Of a stretch of 64,000 bases of DNA, positions 1-9,107 are shown one piece after another. How positions within the stretch are numbered: position 1 is the first letter of the stretch; the number at the start of each line of letters is the position of its first letter. The notes beneath the pieces were generated by a model. The model had not been told where the DNA came from, ran no database searches, and saw nothing but the letters and a program-made list of their open reading frames with translations. This stretch comes from Candidatus Marinacidobacterium sp. (GTDB lineage: Bacteria; Acidobacteriota; Vicinamibacteria; Marinacidobacterales; Marinacidobacteraceae), in NCBI GenBank assembly GCA_965220965.1, contig OZ244852.1, positions 2,208,001-2,272,000 of the forward strand. Direction: 5' to 3'. The position numbers were made by a program, and so were the translations under genes.

Positions 1-576
1 CCGGGTGGCTCCCGAGGGGAACCGCAGCGTCTCGAACGGGATGACCATCTCGGTGCTCCACCCGTCGTCGGTGCGGCGCGAGCCCGCCTCCCAGACGCCG
101 TCCCACTCGTTGTTCACGCTCGCTCCCTCGTTCTGGACGAGCCCGTCGAGCCGCGTGCCGACGGCGTTCGTCGAGAAGAAGAAGGCGTTGCGCTGGTCGT
201 GGTAGGTGTCGAGCGCGACCGTGAAGTTGTCGTCGCTCTCGAGGTCGGAGTCCCGCCGGTACTCGCGGGCCACGACCGCCGCCGGGTCCGGGTCCGAAAG
301 ACGCGCCGCGATCAGCAGGGCGTCCCTCGTCATCGCGACCAGAACCTCGGTGGGGAACGTCGCGGGCTCGCCCTGGCGGGGCTCCTCCTGTACGAAGCCG
401 GACACGGTCGCCGCCAACCGCCAGACTTCATCATCGAGCACTCCGTCCACGACCGGCGCCTCCTCGACGAGCGGCGCCGCGACGACGCGGTCGGCGCCTT
501 CCTCGCCTCGGGCGCCGGGCGCCGCGGCCAGGACCCCGGGAACGGCCAGGAGGGCGAGCGCCCGGCGAACGTTCAT
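1..576 (-). CDS. DUF5916 / CBM9-like domain outer-membrane protein, 5' part (runs off left edge)
   Basis: Not in ORF track. Manual translation MNVRRALALLAVPG...PVVDGVLDDEVW...GFVQEEPRQGEPAT..TEV...DDNFTVALDTYHDQRNAFFFSTNAVG...NNEWDGVW...GWSTEMVIPFETLRF matches the N-terminal domain of the paralogues at 6721 and 9108. ATG overlaps the ccmB stop (ATGA). Confidence 0.85.
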   Translation of the reverse strand, partial: MNVRRALALLAVPGVLAAAPGARGEEGADRVVAAPLVEEAPVVDGVLDDEVWRLAATVSGFVQEEPRQGEPATFPTEVLVAMTRDALLIAARLSDPDPAAVVAREYRRDSDLESDDNFTVALDTYHDQRNAFFFSTNAVGTRLDGLVQNEGASVNNEWDGVWEAGSRRTDDGWSTEMVIPFETLRFPSGATR

Positions 577-1252
577 TCCTCGAGCACCGACTCGAAGACC
601 ATCGCCGAGACCGCGACGAAGGCGGTCGCCGCGAGCAGCAGGAACCGGACGGCGTCGAACACCGGCTCGCCCGACACCGCCGCGCGCGCGCCGGTCACCC
701 CGGCGATCAGCAGCGGGGCCGCCAGCGGAAAGAGCAGCAGCGGCAGCAGGACTTCGCGGACCGGCGTCGAGGCGCAGATCGCCGCCACCGTGACGCCGAG
801 CGCGAGAAAGGACAGCGAACCGCACAGGAAGACGCATCCGAGGATGACAAGACCCCATACGCCGCGGCCGCCGTCGAGGTTCGCGGCGAAGAGAACTTCG
901 TAGAGCAGGATGACCGGGATCTGCACCGCGAAAAGGACGAGCGTCCCGGAGAGCAGCTGCCGAAATAGATCGCGGAGCGGTCGGTCGGCCCCAGCATCAG
1001 GCCGTGGATCGCCATCGCCTCGGTCTCGGGCGCGAAGCTGCGGTAGAGGCCGAGGGTTCCCGCGAACAGGAAGGCCACCCAAAGCACTCCGGGCGCGAAG
1101 TCCCCGGCCTGCGCCCCGTCGAGACCCACGGCGAAGTGCATCACGAGGAGCACGAGGGCGGAGAACAGCAGCATGGCCGGGACCCGTTCCCGCGAGCGGA
1201 GCTCGCGGAGCAGGTCCTGGAGGGCGATGGCGGCGACGGCCCGGAGGAACAT
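573..1252 (-). pseudogene. ccmB: Heme exporter protein CcmB with a single-base frameshift (or sequencing error)
   Basis: N-half MFLRAVAAIALQDLLRELRSRE...PGVLWVAFLFAG...DRSAIYFG lies in the frame of ORF 707..1723. C-half LLSGTLVLF...REVLLPLLLFPLAAPLLIAGV lies in the frame of ORF 573..1082. One missing A near 958 (GGC AG CTG vs GGC AAG CTG) restores YFGKLL. Confidence 0.85.
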
Positions 1253-1956
1253 CAGGGAGCGCCTCCGGCGGACGCGTCCCGATACAGGCGGCGGGCCCGG
1301 TCGCGATCGGTCGCCGGGCCCTCGTGGATCACCCGGCCCCGCCTCAGGATCACGAAACGATCGGCCGCGGCGAGGCCGCGATCGAGGTCGTGGGTCGCGC
1401 TCACGACCGCCGCCCCCCGTTCCCGCGCCTCCTCGAGGCGGACCAGCAGTCGCTCTCCGGCGGCGGCGTCGAGCCCGGTGAAGGGCTCGTCGAGGAGGAG
1501 CAGGTCCGGGTTGTGGAGCAGCGCGCGCGCCAGGGTGGCGCGCTGCGCGGTCCCCCGCGAGAGGTGGCGGGCCGGCGCGTCCGCCACCGCGAGCAGCCCG
1601 TGCCGCTCGAGCGCCTCGTCGAGATCGCAACCGGCGCTGTGAAGGCGGCGGTGGAACCGCAGGTTCTCCCGCACGGTGAGCTCGGGATAGAGGAGCGAGT
1701 GGTGGGAGGCGAAGCCGATCCATGCCCGGGCCCCGGGAAACGCGCTCGCCGCCGGGACGCCGCGGTAGCGCAGCTCACCGGATGTCGGACGGGCCAGGCT
1801 CGCGGCCAGCCGCAGGAGCGTCGTCTTCCCGGCGCCGTTCGGCCCCAGCAGGCAGACGCTCTCTCCCGGCGCGACCTGAAGACTGACTCCGTCCACCGCG
1901 GGCAGACCGCGGAAGCGGCGCGTGAGGCGTTCCGCCTCGAAGACGGGAACGGCCAC
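1252..1956 (-). CDS. ccmA: Heme ABC exporter ATP-binding protein CcmA
   Basis: Walker A GPNGAGKTT, signature LSRGTAQR, Walker B LLLLDEP. Coupled to ccmB (TGATG). Start trimmed to GTG at 1956. Confidence 0.88.
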   Translation of the reverse strand: MAVPVFEAERLTRRFRGLPAVDGVSLQVAPGESVCLLGPNGAGKTTLLRLAASLARPTSGELRYRGVPAASAFPGARAWIGFASHHSLLYPELTVRENLRFHRRLHSAGCDLDEALERHGLLAVADAPARHLSRGTAQRATLARALLHNPDLLLLDEPFTGLDAAAGERLLVRLEEARERGAAVVSATHDLDRGLAAADRFVILRRGRVIHEGPATDRDRARRLYRDASAGGAP

Positions 1957-1973
1957 GGTCCGCCGCGAGGCGG

Positions 1974-3113
1974 TCAGCTCCCGGCGTTCCCGCCGGAATC
2001 CGCCTCGTTCGCCGCCCGGGCCCGGGAACCGGAGGCCCCACCGGGGCCGGAGAGGCTCCGGTGGAGCAGTCCGAAACCAAGCGCCGCCGCCATGAGCAGC
2101 GCGATCGCCCACTTGGAAGCGAGCGTCGGATCGGGCAGGCGGCCGACCGTCCCCACCTGCGACCCGTCAGGCGCCGGGGTCTCCACCGGCGGGAGAGCTC
2201 CGCCCCGGCCGATGTCGCCGGCCTCCGCCGGAGTCGAGCCGCCGCGAAACACCAGACGGACCGCCTCCCCGGCCGCGACATCGAACTTGCGCGCCGCCGT
2301 GAGGCCCGCGGCGTCGTCCGGACCCAGGATCTCCCAGCCGGGGGGAGCGCCCGGCGGGAGCTCGAGGAAGATGTCCGGTGGGGAAGCCAGGAGCATGACC
2401 TCCGGGCTGTCGCGCGGCGCCACGAGTTGCGCCTCGTGCCGTTCTCCCTCGTAGGAGACCTCGTAGTTCAGGAGGACCTCGGTCTCTCCCGGCTTGAAGG
2501 CGGTGCGGACCGCCCAGGATCCGTCGTCCCCCACGGGAAACGGGCTCTGCGGCACCGGCATCCCGGTGGCTCCGGTGGCGCTCACCGAAGGAAGTCCGCG
2601 GCGCGCGGGTTCCTCCGGGAGACGGAAGCGGAGAGTCTCCTCGTCGGAGACGAACGTCCGGGGCGGATCGGAGCGGTTCTCCACCACGAGGATGTGGTCC
2701 ACCCGGAGCGCGTCCCCCGAGGAGCGCGGCAGCCTGCGGTAGAGCGCCCGCCAGGTCGTCAGTCCGATCTCCGGGGCGCTCCACGCATCGAATGTGTCGT
2801 AGACGGTCAGCTCGACATCGGCGCTTCCATCGGGGCCCAGCCGCACCGGCTGGTTGTAGTTCACCCCGAGGTGGGTGGCCTGGAGCAGCCAGGGACGCGC
2901 CGCCCCCTCGTCGGGGGCCTCCAGAACCGCCTCCGGACCCGCACTCGTCGCCGAGGCGACCGGCTCCATCCCCTCACCCAGCCGATAGAGGGTCAGGAGC
3001 TCCACCGTCGCCGGCGCTCCCGTCGTCCCGTTCACCAGCCGCACCCGGACCGGTCCGGCGAGGGCGGGAGCCGGCGCGAGAACGAGCGTGGCCAGGGCCA
3101 GGACGCGGATCAT
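1974..3113 (-). CDS. Exported protein with signal peptide and C-terminal TM anchor, within the ccm cluster
   Basis: MIRVLALATLVLAPAPALA signal peptide, beta-rich periplasmic region, C-terminal TM KWAIALLMAAALGFGLL. ATGA overlap with the upstream gene. Confidence 0.7.
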   Translation of the reverse strand: MIRVLALATLVLAPAPALAGPVRVRLVNGTTGAPATVELLTLYRLGEGMEPVASATSAGPEAVLEAPDEGAARPWLLQATHLGVNYNQPVRLGPDGSADVELTVYDTFDAWSAPEIGLTTWRALYRRLPRSSGDALRVDHILVVENRSDPPRTFVSDEETLRFRLPEEPARRGLPSVSATGATGMPVPQSPFPVGDDGSWAVRTAFKPGETEVLLNYEVSYEGERHEAQLVAPRDSPEVMLLASPPDIFLELPPGAPPGWEILGPDDAAGLTAARKFDVAAGEAVRLVFRGGSTPAEAGDIGRGGALPPVETPAPDGSQVGTVGRLPDPTLASKWAIALLMAAALGFGLLHRSLSGPGGASGSRARAANEADSGGNAGS

Positions 3114-3427
3114 GCGGAGGACTCTCCATCCGGGGCCGGACTCCGGCGCGGCGGAGCGCCTCGCTCGTCCAGTTCCTTCGTGACTTCGGCCGCTTCCACC
3201 AGCAGACGGGCGCGGGCGCTTTCGTGCTCGGCGGGCGCCACCTTGCCGGCGTCCCGCTCGAAGTCGAGCTCGGCCAAGGCGAGGACAAGCTGGTCGCGCC
3301 GCTCGACGAGCCGAACCACGGCCGGATCCACCGCCGCCGTCTCCTTCCCGGACTCGGCCCCGAAGACCGGCTGAAGCACCCAGGCGGTCGCCGCCGCCGC
3401 CAGCAGCGCGAGGAGCAGGAGGGTCAC
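3110..3427 (-). CDS. Short CcmI N-terminal-like membrane protein
   Basis: N-terminal TM followed by helical LAELDFERDAGKVAPAEHESARARL, typical of the CcmI/CycH N-terminal region. Located in the ccm operon. Confidence 0.65.
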   Translation of the reverse strand: MTLLLLALLAAAATAWVLQPVFGAESGKETAAVDPAVVRLVERRDQLVLALAELDFERDAGKVAPAEHESARARLLVEAAEVTKELDERGAPPRRSPAPDGESSA

Positions 3428-3460
3428 CGGAATGCTCCCCGCCCGAACCCGTCCGCCGCG

Positions 3461-3952
3461 TTAGCGGATGCGGGCGACGTCCCGTTCGATGCGGGCGGCC
3501 AGCTCGGCCGGAACCTCCGGCGCCGCGGCCTGACGCTCCGCCGCCTCCGATCCGGAGCGCCGCCACTTCCGCAGCACGAAGCCGGCCCCCAGGCCGCCAG
3601 CGAGGAGGATGGCGAACGGGATGACCCATGCGGAGAGGTGGAACCCGGAGGTCGGCGGCGCCGCGAGGATGTGGAGTCCGTAGCGGTCGCGGAACCGGGC
3701 GATGACCTGATCCGCGGTCTCGCCCGCCTGGATCCGTTCGGAGATTTCCTCGCGGATCGGCTCCGAGGAGGGACAGCGGTCCATCGCGCATTCGTGGACC
3801 AGGGCCCGGCACCCGCCGCACTGGCAAACCAGCGCTCGCGCCGCGGTCCGGTACTCCTCGGAGTTGAAGCGCTCCTGGGCGGTGAGGGGCCCGGAAACCG
3901 AGAGGGCGGCGGCGAGCAACGCGCCGCCGAGCCGCAGGCCGAGGCGCCTCAT
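3461..3952 (-). CDS. ccmH: Cytochrome c-type biogenesis protein CcmH
   Basis: Signal peptide, LVCQCGGC..EC...C..S..IREEI...G.TADQVIARFRDRYG..ILAAPP..GF...AWVIP. ATGA overlap with ccmF. Confidence 0.85.
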   Translation of the reverse strand: MRRLGLRLGGALLAAALSVSGPLTAQERFNSEEYRTAARALVCQCGGCRALVHECAMDRCPSSEPIREEISERIQAGETADQVIARFRDRYGLHILAAPPTSGFHLSAWVIPFAILLAGGLGAGFVLRKWRRSGSEAAERQAAAPEVPAELAARIERDVARIR

Positions 3953-5952
3953 GCGGCGGCCGCCGGCAGCGTCGCGCCCCGGGGGGAGCGGACGGTCCGC
4001 TCCCGACGGGCGGGCAGAAGAGTCAGCAACGTTCCAAGGAACATGACGAAGCCTCCGATCCAGACCCAGCGCACGAGAGGGTTCCGGTAGACGTGGATTG
4101 TCGCCTTGCCGTCCTCGGTGAGTCCGGAGAACACGAGGTAGATGTCCTCGCGGAAGTTGGCGTGGCGCCGGACCTCCGATGTGACCTGCCCGGTCGCGCG
4201 GTCGACCTGGCGGCGCGGCTGAAGGACTCCCACGGGCTCGCCGTGCTTCGTGAGCGTCAGGTCGGCCCCCAGCCAGGTGTAGACCGGCGTCTCCCCGGAG
4301 GGGAGGTTGCCGAGGGTGACCTCCCAGGGCCCCATCCGCGTGCTCTCGCCAGGCTCCAGATCGGCGATGACATCCCGGTTGAACGCGTTGCCGGCGAAGC
4401 CGATGAAGAGCGCGACGATCCCGAGATGCACGACGTACCCGCCGTAGCGGCGGGCGTTGCGGCGGAAGAGATCCGCGAGGGCGGCGCCATAGCCGCCGCC
4501 GCGATGCGCTCGCCGGGCCCGGACGCCGCGGTGGAACTCGGAGAGGATCGTGGCGATGACGAAGGCGCTCATCGCGAAGGCGACCAGCGCGTAGGGGTGG
4601 CGGATCCCGAGCGCCACGAGCAGGACGAGGGCGGCGACGGCGCAGACGGTGGGAAGCACGAAGTTCCGCCGCAGGCTGTCCAGCGAGGATCGGCGCCAGG
4701 CGAGCAGCGGTCCGATGCCGGTCATGAGGAGCAGCGCCAGCCCGAGCGGCACGTTCACCCGGTTGAAGTAGGGGGCGCCGACGGTGATCTGCTCGCCCTG
4801 GACCGCCTCGGAGAGAACCGGAAAGAGCGTGCCCCACAGGACCGCGAAGCAGGCGGCGAGCAGAAGCAGGTTGTTGAAGAGGAAGCCCGACTCGCGGGAG
4901 ACGACCGAGTCGAGCTGGTTCTCGGAACGGAGATCCTTCAGCCGGGAGATCAGAAGGCCCGCCGCGACGAGCGCCGCGATCACGATGAACGCGAGGAAGC
5001 GCCAGGCGAAGTCCGACGAGGCGAATGCGTGGACCGACGAGACGATCCCGCTGCGGGTCAGGAAGGTTCCGAAGACGGCGAGCAGATACGTCGCCATCAC
5101 CAGGCCCGCGTTCCAGACCTTCAGCATCCCCTTGCGTTCCTGGATCATCACCGAGTGCAGGAACGCGGTGCCGGTGAGCCAGGGCATGAGCGCGGCGTTT
5201 TCCACCGGGTCCCAGCCCCAGTAGCCGCCCCAGCCGAGTTCCACGTAGGCCCAGCGGCCGCCGAGGAGGATGCCGGTCCCGAGGAAGAACCAGGCGACGA
5301 GCGTCCAGCGCCGGGTGTTCCGGGTCCAGGCGGCGTCCAGCCGCCGGGTCCACAGCGCCGCGATGCAGAAGGCGAACGGGACCACGAAGCCCACGTACCC
5401 GACGTAGAGCACGGGAGGGTGGATCGCCATGATCGGATGCTGCAGCAGCGGGTTCAGACCGCTGCCATCCACCGGCGCGAAGGGGACCGGTCCGGCGGCG
5501 GTGATCTCGGCGAGCTGTCCGAACGGGTTGCAGACGGTGAGGTTCATCCAGGCGAAGAACAGCACGGCGATCGAGAGCGTCGTCGTCACCTGGGGGATGA
5601 GCTCGTCGCGTCGCTTGAGGACCATGACGGCCGCCGCGAAGACGAGCATCAGGAAGGTCCAGAGCAGCAGGGACCCGTCGTTTCCCGCCCACAGCGCCGA
5701 GATCTTGTAGGCCGTGGGCAGCGCGGCGGAGGAATAGCTCGCGACGTACTGGAACCGGAAGTCGTCGGCGAGGAACAGCGCCAGCAGCGCCGCCACCGAG
5801 AGCGCCGAGAAGCCGGCGGCGGCGATCAGCGCCCGGCGGGCGCTCGTGATCAGCGCGTCGGAGCGCTGGCGCGCCCCGAGGAACGACGCGAGCGCCCCGT
5901 AACCGCAGAGCACGACCACCGCCATGAGGGCGAAGTTGCCGAGGTGATGCAC
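3949..5952 (-). CDS. ccmF: Cytochrome c heme lyase subunit CcmF
   Basis: WWD motif WGGYWGWDPVENA, plus HPP, TAFLHS, SVHAF and VVHLG histidines. Many TMs. Confidence 0.96.
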   Translation of the reverse strand: MHHLGNFALMAVVVLCGYGALASFLGARQRSDALITSARRALIAAAGFSALSVAALLALFLADDFRFQYVASYSSAALPTAYKISALWAGNDGSLLLWTFLMLVFAAAVMVLKRRDELIPQVTTTLSIAVLFFAWMNLTVCNPFGQLAEITAAGPVPFAPVDGSGLNPLLQHPIMAIHPPVLYVGYVGFVVPFAFCIAALWTRRLDAAWTRNTRRWTLVAWFFLGTGILLGGRWAYVELGWGGYWGWDPVENAALMPWLTGTAFLHSVMIQERKGMLKVWNAGLVMATYLLAVFGTFLTRSGIVSSVHAFASSDFAWRFLAFIVIAALVAAGLLISRLKDLRSENQLDSVVSRESGFLFNNLLLLAACFAVLWGTLFPVLSEAVQGEQITVGAPYFNRVNVPLGLALLLMTGIGPLLAWRRSSLDSLRRNFVLPTVCAVAALVLLVALGIRHPYALVAFAMSAFVIATILSEFHRGVRARRAHRGGGYGAALADLFRRNARRYGGYVVHLGIVALFIGFAGNAFNRDVIADLEPGESTRMGPWEVTLGNLPSGETPVYTWLGADLTLTKHGEPVGVLQPRRQVDRATGQVTSEVRRHANFREDIYLVFSGLTEDGKATIHVYRNPLVRWVWIGGFVMFLGTLLTLLPARRERTVRSPRGATLPAAAA

Positions 5953-6077
5953 TACGTCAGTCGGGAAGAGCCGCGCCGGCCCTTTCCGCCCTCTCCACGG
6001 ATCGGCGGATCATGCGCGCCCCCGGCGGCTCGGTCGGCGCGACGGACCGCCCCCTGGCGGGGAATGCGTCCTCGAAC

Positions 6078-6548
6078 TCAGAGTCCGTCGGTCGCCTGGC
6101 GGCCCGGCGAGCCGGCGGGACGCGGCTCCGGCGAGCCGGCGTCCTTCGTTTCCTCGTAGGCCGCGTCGTACTTGGAGGCGCACTTCGCCTGAACGTGGTC
6201 GGCCTCGAAGGAGCCGTCGGCGAGGAGCTCGCCCTCGGCGACGGCCTGGGCCCGATCCACCAGCGTGTCGGGCAGCGGCTCGCGCCCGGTGTACAGGACC
6301 GCCAGACGCGACCCCTCGTGCTCGATCTGGAAGCGGACGCGACCCTCGCCCTCGGAGGCGATCGTGCCGGGGACAACATCCCCCGCAACGCGCAAACGCC
6401 GCCCCTCGGCGCCCGGCCCGAGCGAACGCAGCTCTCCCACCGTCTGGTAGTAGGCCTTCCCCTCTTCGAACCCGGTGACCAGCAGGCCGGTAACCGCCAG
6501 CGCGAAGAGAACGCCGCCCACCACGAACTTCATCCGACGAAGCCCCAT
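6078..6548 (-). CDS. ccmE: Heme chaperone CcmE, Cys (CxxxY) variant
   Basis: N-terminal TM, YYQTV, LRVAGDVVPGTI, LPDTL, FEADHVQAKCASKY. Confidence 0.92.
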   Translation of the reverse strand: MGLRRMKFVVGGVLFALAVTGLLVTGFEEGKAYYQTVGELRSLGPGAEGRRLRVAGDVVPGTIASEGEGRVRFQIEHEGSRLAVLYTGREPLPDTLVDRAQAVAEGELLADGSFEADHVQAKCASKYDAAYEETKDAGSPEPRPAGSPGRQATDGL

Positions 6549-6557
6549 AACAGCCCC

Positions 6558-6566
6558 ATCCTAACA
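6558..6566 (-). promoter_or_regulatory. Extended -10 element (TGtTAGGAT) for the ccm operon, near-leaderless
   Basis: Minus strand reads ggTGtTAGGATggggctgttATG, so the hexamer ends 9 nt before the ccmE start. Confidence 0.45.
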
Positions 6567-6720
6567 CCGTGACGCGGCCTCGGGCGGATGCCCCGGCCGC
6601 GCTCCGGAACCCTCCCGGGCCGCGGCGAAACCGGGGCGCCATCCGCGGGACGGGATCCGACGGGAGGCGCCGCCAGGAAGTAGACTTGGGGGTCCGTCCG
6701 CGTCTGCGGCATGGCGTCCC

Positions 6721-9084
6721 GTGCCCCTCTGGTTTCCCTCGCGTCGAGAGAGTCGGGGCTCCGCATTGTTCCGAGGCGTCGCGGCGCTCCTGCTGCTTGG
6801 ACTTCCGGCGGCCGCTTTCGGGAGCGCGCGCCAGCAGGCGTCGGATCAGCAGGGGGGTCAGGGCTCCTCCGCGCTTTCCTCGGTCGCGCCCGCGACTCCC
6901 GAGGCGGACACGCTGTTCCGGGAGATGGGCCTGGGCCCGGGGGAGGCGATCCACCGCGACGCCGACGGCGCGGTCGTGCTGCGGGCGTTCCGGCTGGAGG
7001 CCCCGCTGGATCTGGACGGCGCGCTCGACGACCCGGTGTATGACGAGGTCCCGGCCGCGGAGGGGTTCACCCAGCAGGAGCCGGACGAGGGCGCTCCGGC
7101 GTCGGAGAGGACACGGGCCTGGGTCTTCTACGACGACGAGAGCATCTACATCGCAGCGGACCTCGAGTACGAAGACCCGGAACTGATCGTCGCCAGCGAG
7201 ATGCGGCGGGACCACCGCAACATCGGCTGGAACGATTCGTTCTCGGTCATCCTCGACACCTTCCACGACCGGCGGAACGGATTCCTGTTCCACACGAACC
7301 CGCTCGGGGCGCTGTTCGAGGGGCAGGTCACCGACGAGCGGAACACGAACAGCGACTGGAACACCGTCTGGTGGTCGGAGACGGCCCGCACGCCCACCGG
7401 CTGGTCGGTCGAGATCCGGATTCCTTTCCGCTCGCTCCGGTACCCCGCCGGCGGCCTCCAGCAGTGGGGCATCAACTTCCGGCGCATGATCAAGCACCGG
7501 AACGAGCGCGCCTTCCTGACCCCGATGTCCCAGGCTTTCAGCCGGGAGGCGCTGCTGCGGCTCTCGTCGGCGGCCACCCTGGTCGGCCTCGAGGCGCCTC
7601 CCGGCTCCCGCCGGATGGAGCTGAAGCCCTACGCCATCGGGTCGCAGAGCCACGTACCGGCCAACGAGGTCCTCAACGAATGGGGCGGGGACTTCGGGGC
7701 CGACTTCAAGGTGGGAGTGACCGAGGGACTGACCGCCGATCTCACCTGGAACACCGACTTCGCCCAGGTCGAGGACGACGAGAGCCAGGTGAACCTGAGC
7801 CGGTTCAGCCTGTTCTTTCCGGAGAAGCGCGAGTTCTTCCTCGAAGGTCAGGGCGTCTTCGATTTCGGAGGGCGGCAGACCCGCGCCTTCGGCGGCCCCA
7901 CCGACATTCCGATCCCGTTCTTCAGCCGGTCGATCGGCATCTCCGGCGGCGCCGCGGTCCCGATCATGGGCGGCGGGCGTCTCCACGGTCGGCAGGGCGC
8001 CTACACGCTCGGCCTGATGAACATCCAGACCGGGGAGGTGGACGACCTCGAGGAGCAGTCCACCAACTTCACCGCGGTCCGGGTGAAGCGGGACGTGTTC
8101 GCCCGCAGCAACATCGGCGTCATCGCCACCCACCGGAACCGGACGGCGGACGGAGGGGGGGCGAACTCGCTGCTGGGTGTGGACGGCAACTTCAACCCGA
8201 CGGACCACCTGCGCATCAACACCTTCTACATGGCGACGCGCGATCCGGACCAGGACCTGAACCACCGCGCCGCCAGCTACATGGGCCAGGTGAACTACGA
8301 CCGGGACCTGATCGGCTTCTCGCTCGAGCGCCTCTATCTGGGAGAGGACTTCAACCCGGAGATGGGGTTCGTCCGGAGGTCGGATTTCCTCAAGACGGGG
8401 GGAAGCCTGAAGATCGCGCCGCGCCCCCGCTCCATCGAAGCGATCCGGCAGTTCGAGCTCGAGCTGCAGGGAAGCAACTACGACCGCCCGGACGGCGAGC
8501 TCGAGACGCGGGAGTTCTCGGCCCAGGGGACCATCATTCTGGAAAGCAGCGACCGGCTGGTCTTCCAGTGGCAGCAGACCGAGGAACACCTTCTCGACGG
8601 GTTCAATCTGTCCGACGATGTCGCGGTCGGCGCCGGGGAGTACCTGTTCCGGCGCGCCGCGGCGCGCCTCTGGCTCGGCTCCCACCGGCCGGTTTCCGGT
8701 TTCCTCCGCTACGAATGGGGCGATTTCTTCGGCGGGAGCCGGCGCGAACTGACCTATTGGGGGCGCGCCGAAGTGAACGAGCGCCTCTCGCTCGAGCCAA
8801 ATCTGAGCCTGAACTGGATCGAGGTTCCGGCCGGCGACGTGCAGGCCACGGTCGCGCGGGTGCGGGCCGCCTACACCCTGACGCCGCGCAGCTACCTGGC
8901 GGCGCTGGTCCAGTACAACTCCGCCGCCCAGCTCATCTCGACCAACCTGCGCTTCCGCTGGGAGTACTCCCCGGGCAGCGACCTGTTCGTGGTGTTCAGC
9001 ACGAACCGGGACGGCGATGACGGCATCTCCGGGCTGAGCGACCGCACGCTGGTCGTCAAGTTCACCCGGCTCTTCCGGTTCTGA
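6721..9084 (+). CDS. DUF5916 domain protein (CBM9-like N-domain, probable OM beta-barrel)
   Basis: Signal peptide, LDLDGALDD, NTDFAQVEDD..QVNLSRFSLFFPEKREFFLEG, FFSRSIG. Ends VKFTRLFRF (terminal Phe). Confidence 0.88.
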   Translation: MPLWFPSRRESRGSALFRGVAALLLLGLPAAAFGSARQQASDQQGGQGSSALSSVAPATPEADTLFREMGLGPGEAIHRDADGAVVLRAFRLEAPLDLDGALDDPVYDEVPAAEGFTQQEPDEGAPASERTRAWVFYDDESIYIAADLEYEDPELIVASEMRRDHRNIGWNDSFSVILDTFHDRRNGFLFHTNPLGALFEGQVTDERNTNSDWNTVWWSETARTPTGWSVEIRIPFRSLRYPAGGLQQWGINFRRMIKHRNERAFLTPMSQAFSREALLRLSSAATLVGLEAPPGSRRMELKPYAIGSQSHVPANEVLNEWGGDFGADFKVGVTEGLTADLTWNTDFAQVEDDESQVNLSRFSLFFPEKREFFLEGQGVFDFGGRQTRAFGGPTDIPIPFFSRSIGISGGAAVPIMGGGRLHGRQGAYTLGLMNIQTGEVDDLEEQSTNFTAVRVKRDVFARSNIGVIATHRNRTADGGGANSLLGVDGNFNPTDHLRINTFYMATRDPDQDLNHRAASYMGQVNYDRDLIGFSLERLYLGEDFNPEMGFVRRSDFLKTGGSLKIAPRPRSIEAIRQFELELQGSNYDRPDGELETREFSAQGTIILESSDRLVFQWQQTEEHLLDGFNLSDDVAVGAGEYLFRRAAARLWLGSHRPVSGFLRYEWGDFFGGSRRELTYWGRAEVNERLSLEPNLSLNWIEVPAGDVQATVARVRAAYTLTPRSYLAALVQYNSAAQLISTNLRFRWEYSPGSDLFVVFSTNRDGDDGISGLSDRTLVVKFTRLFRF

Positions 9085-9107
9085 CGCCCGCCCGGACGAG
9101 GGTTCCC

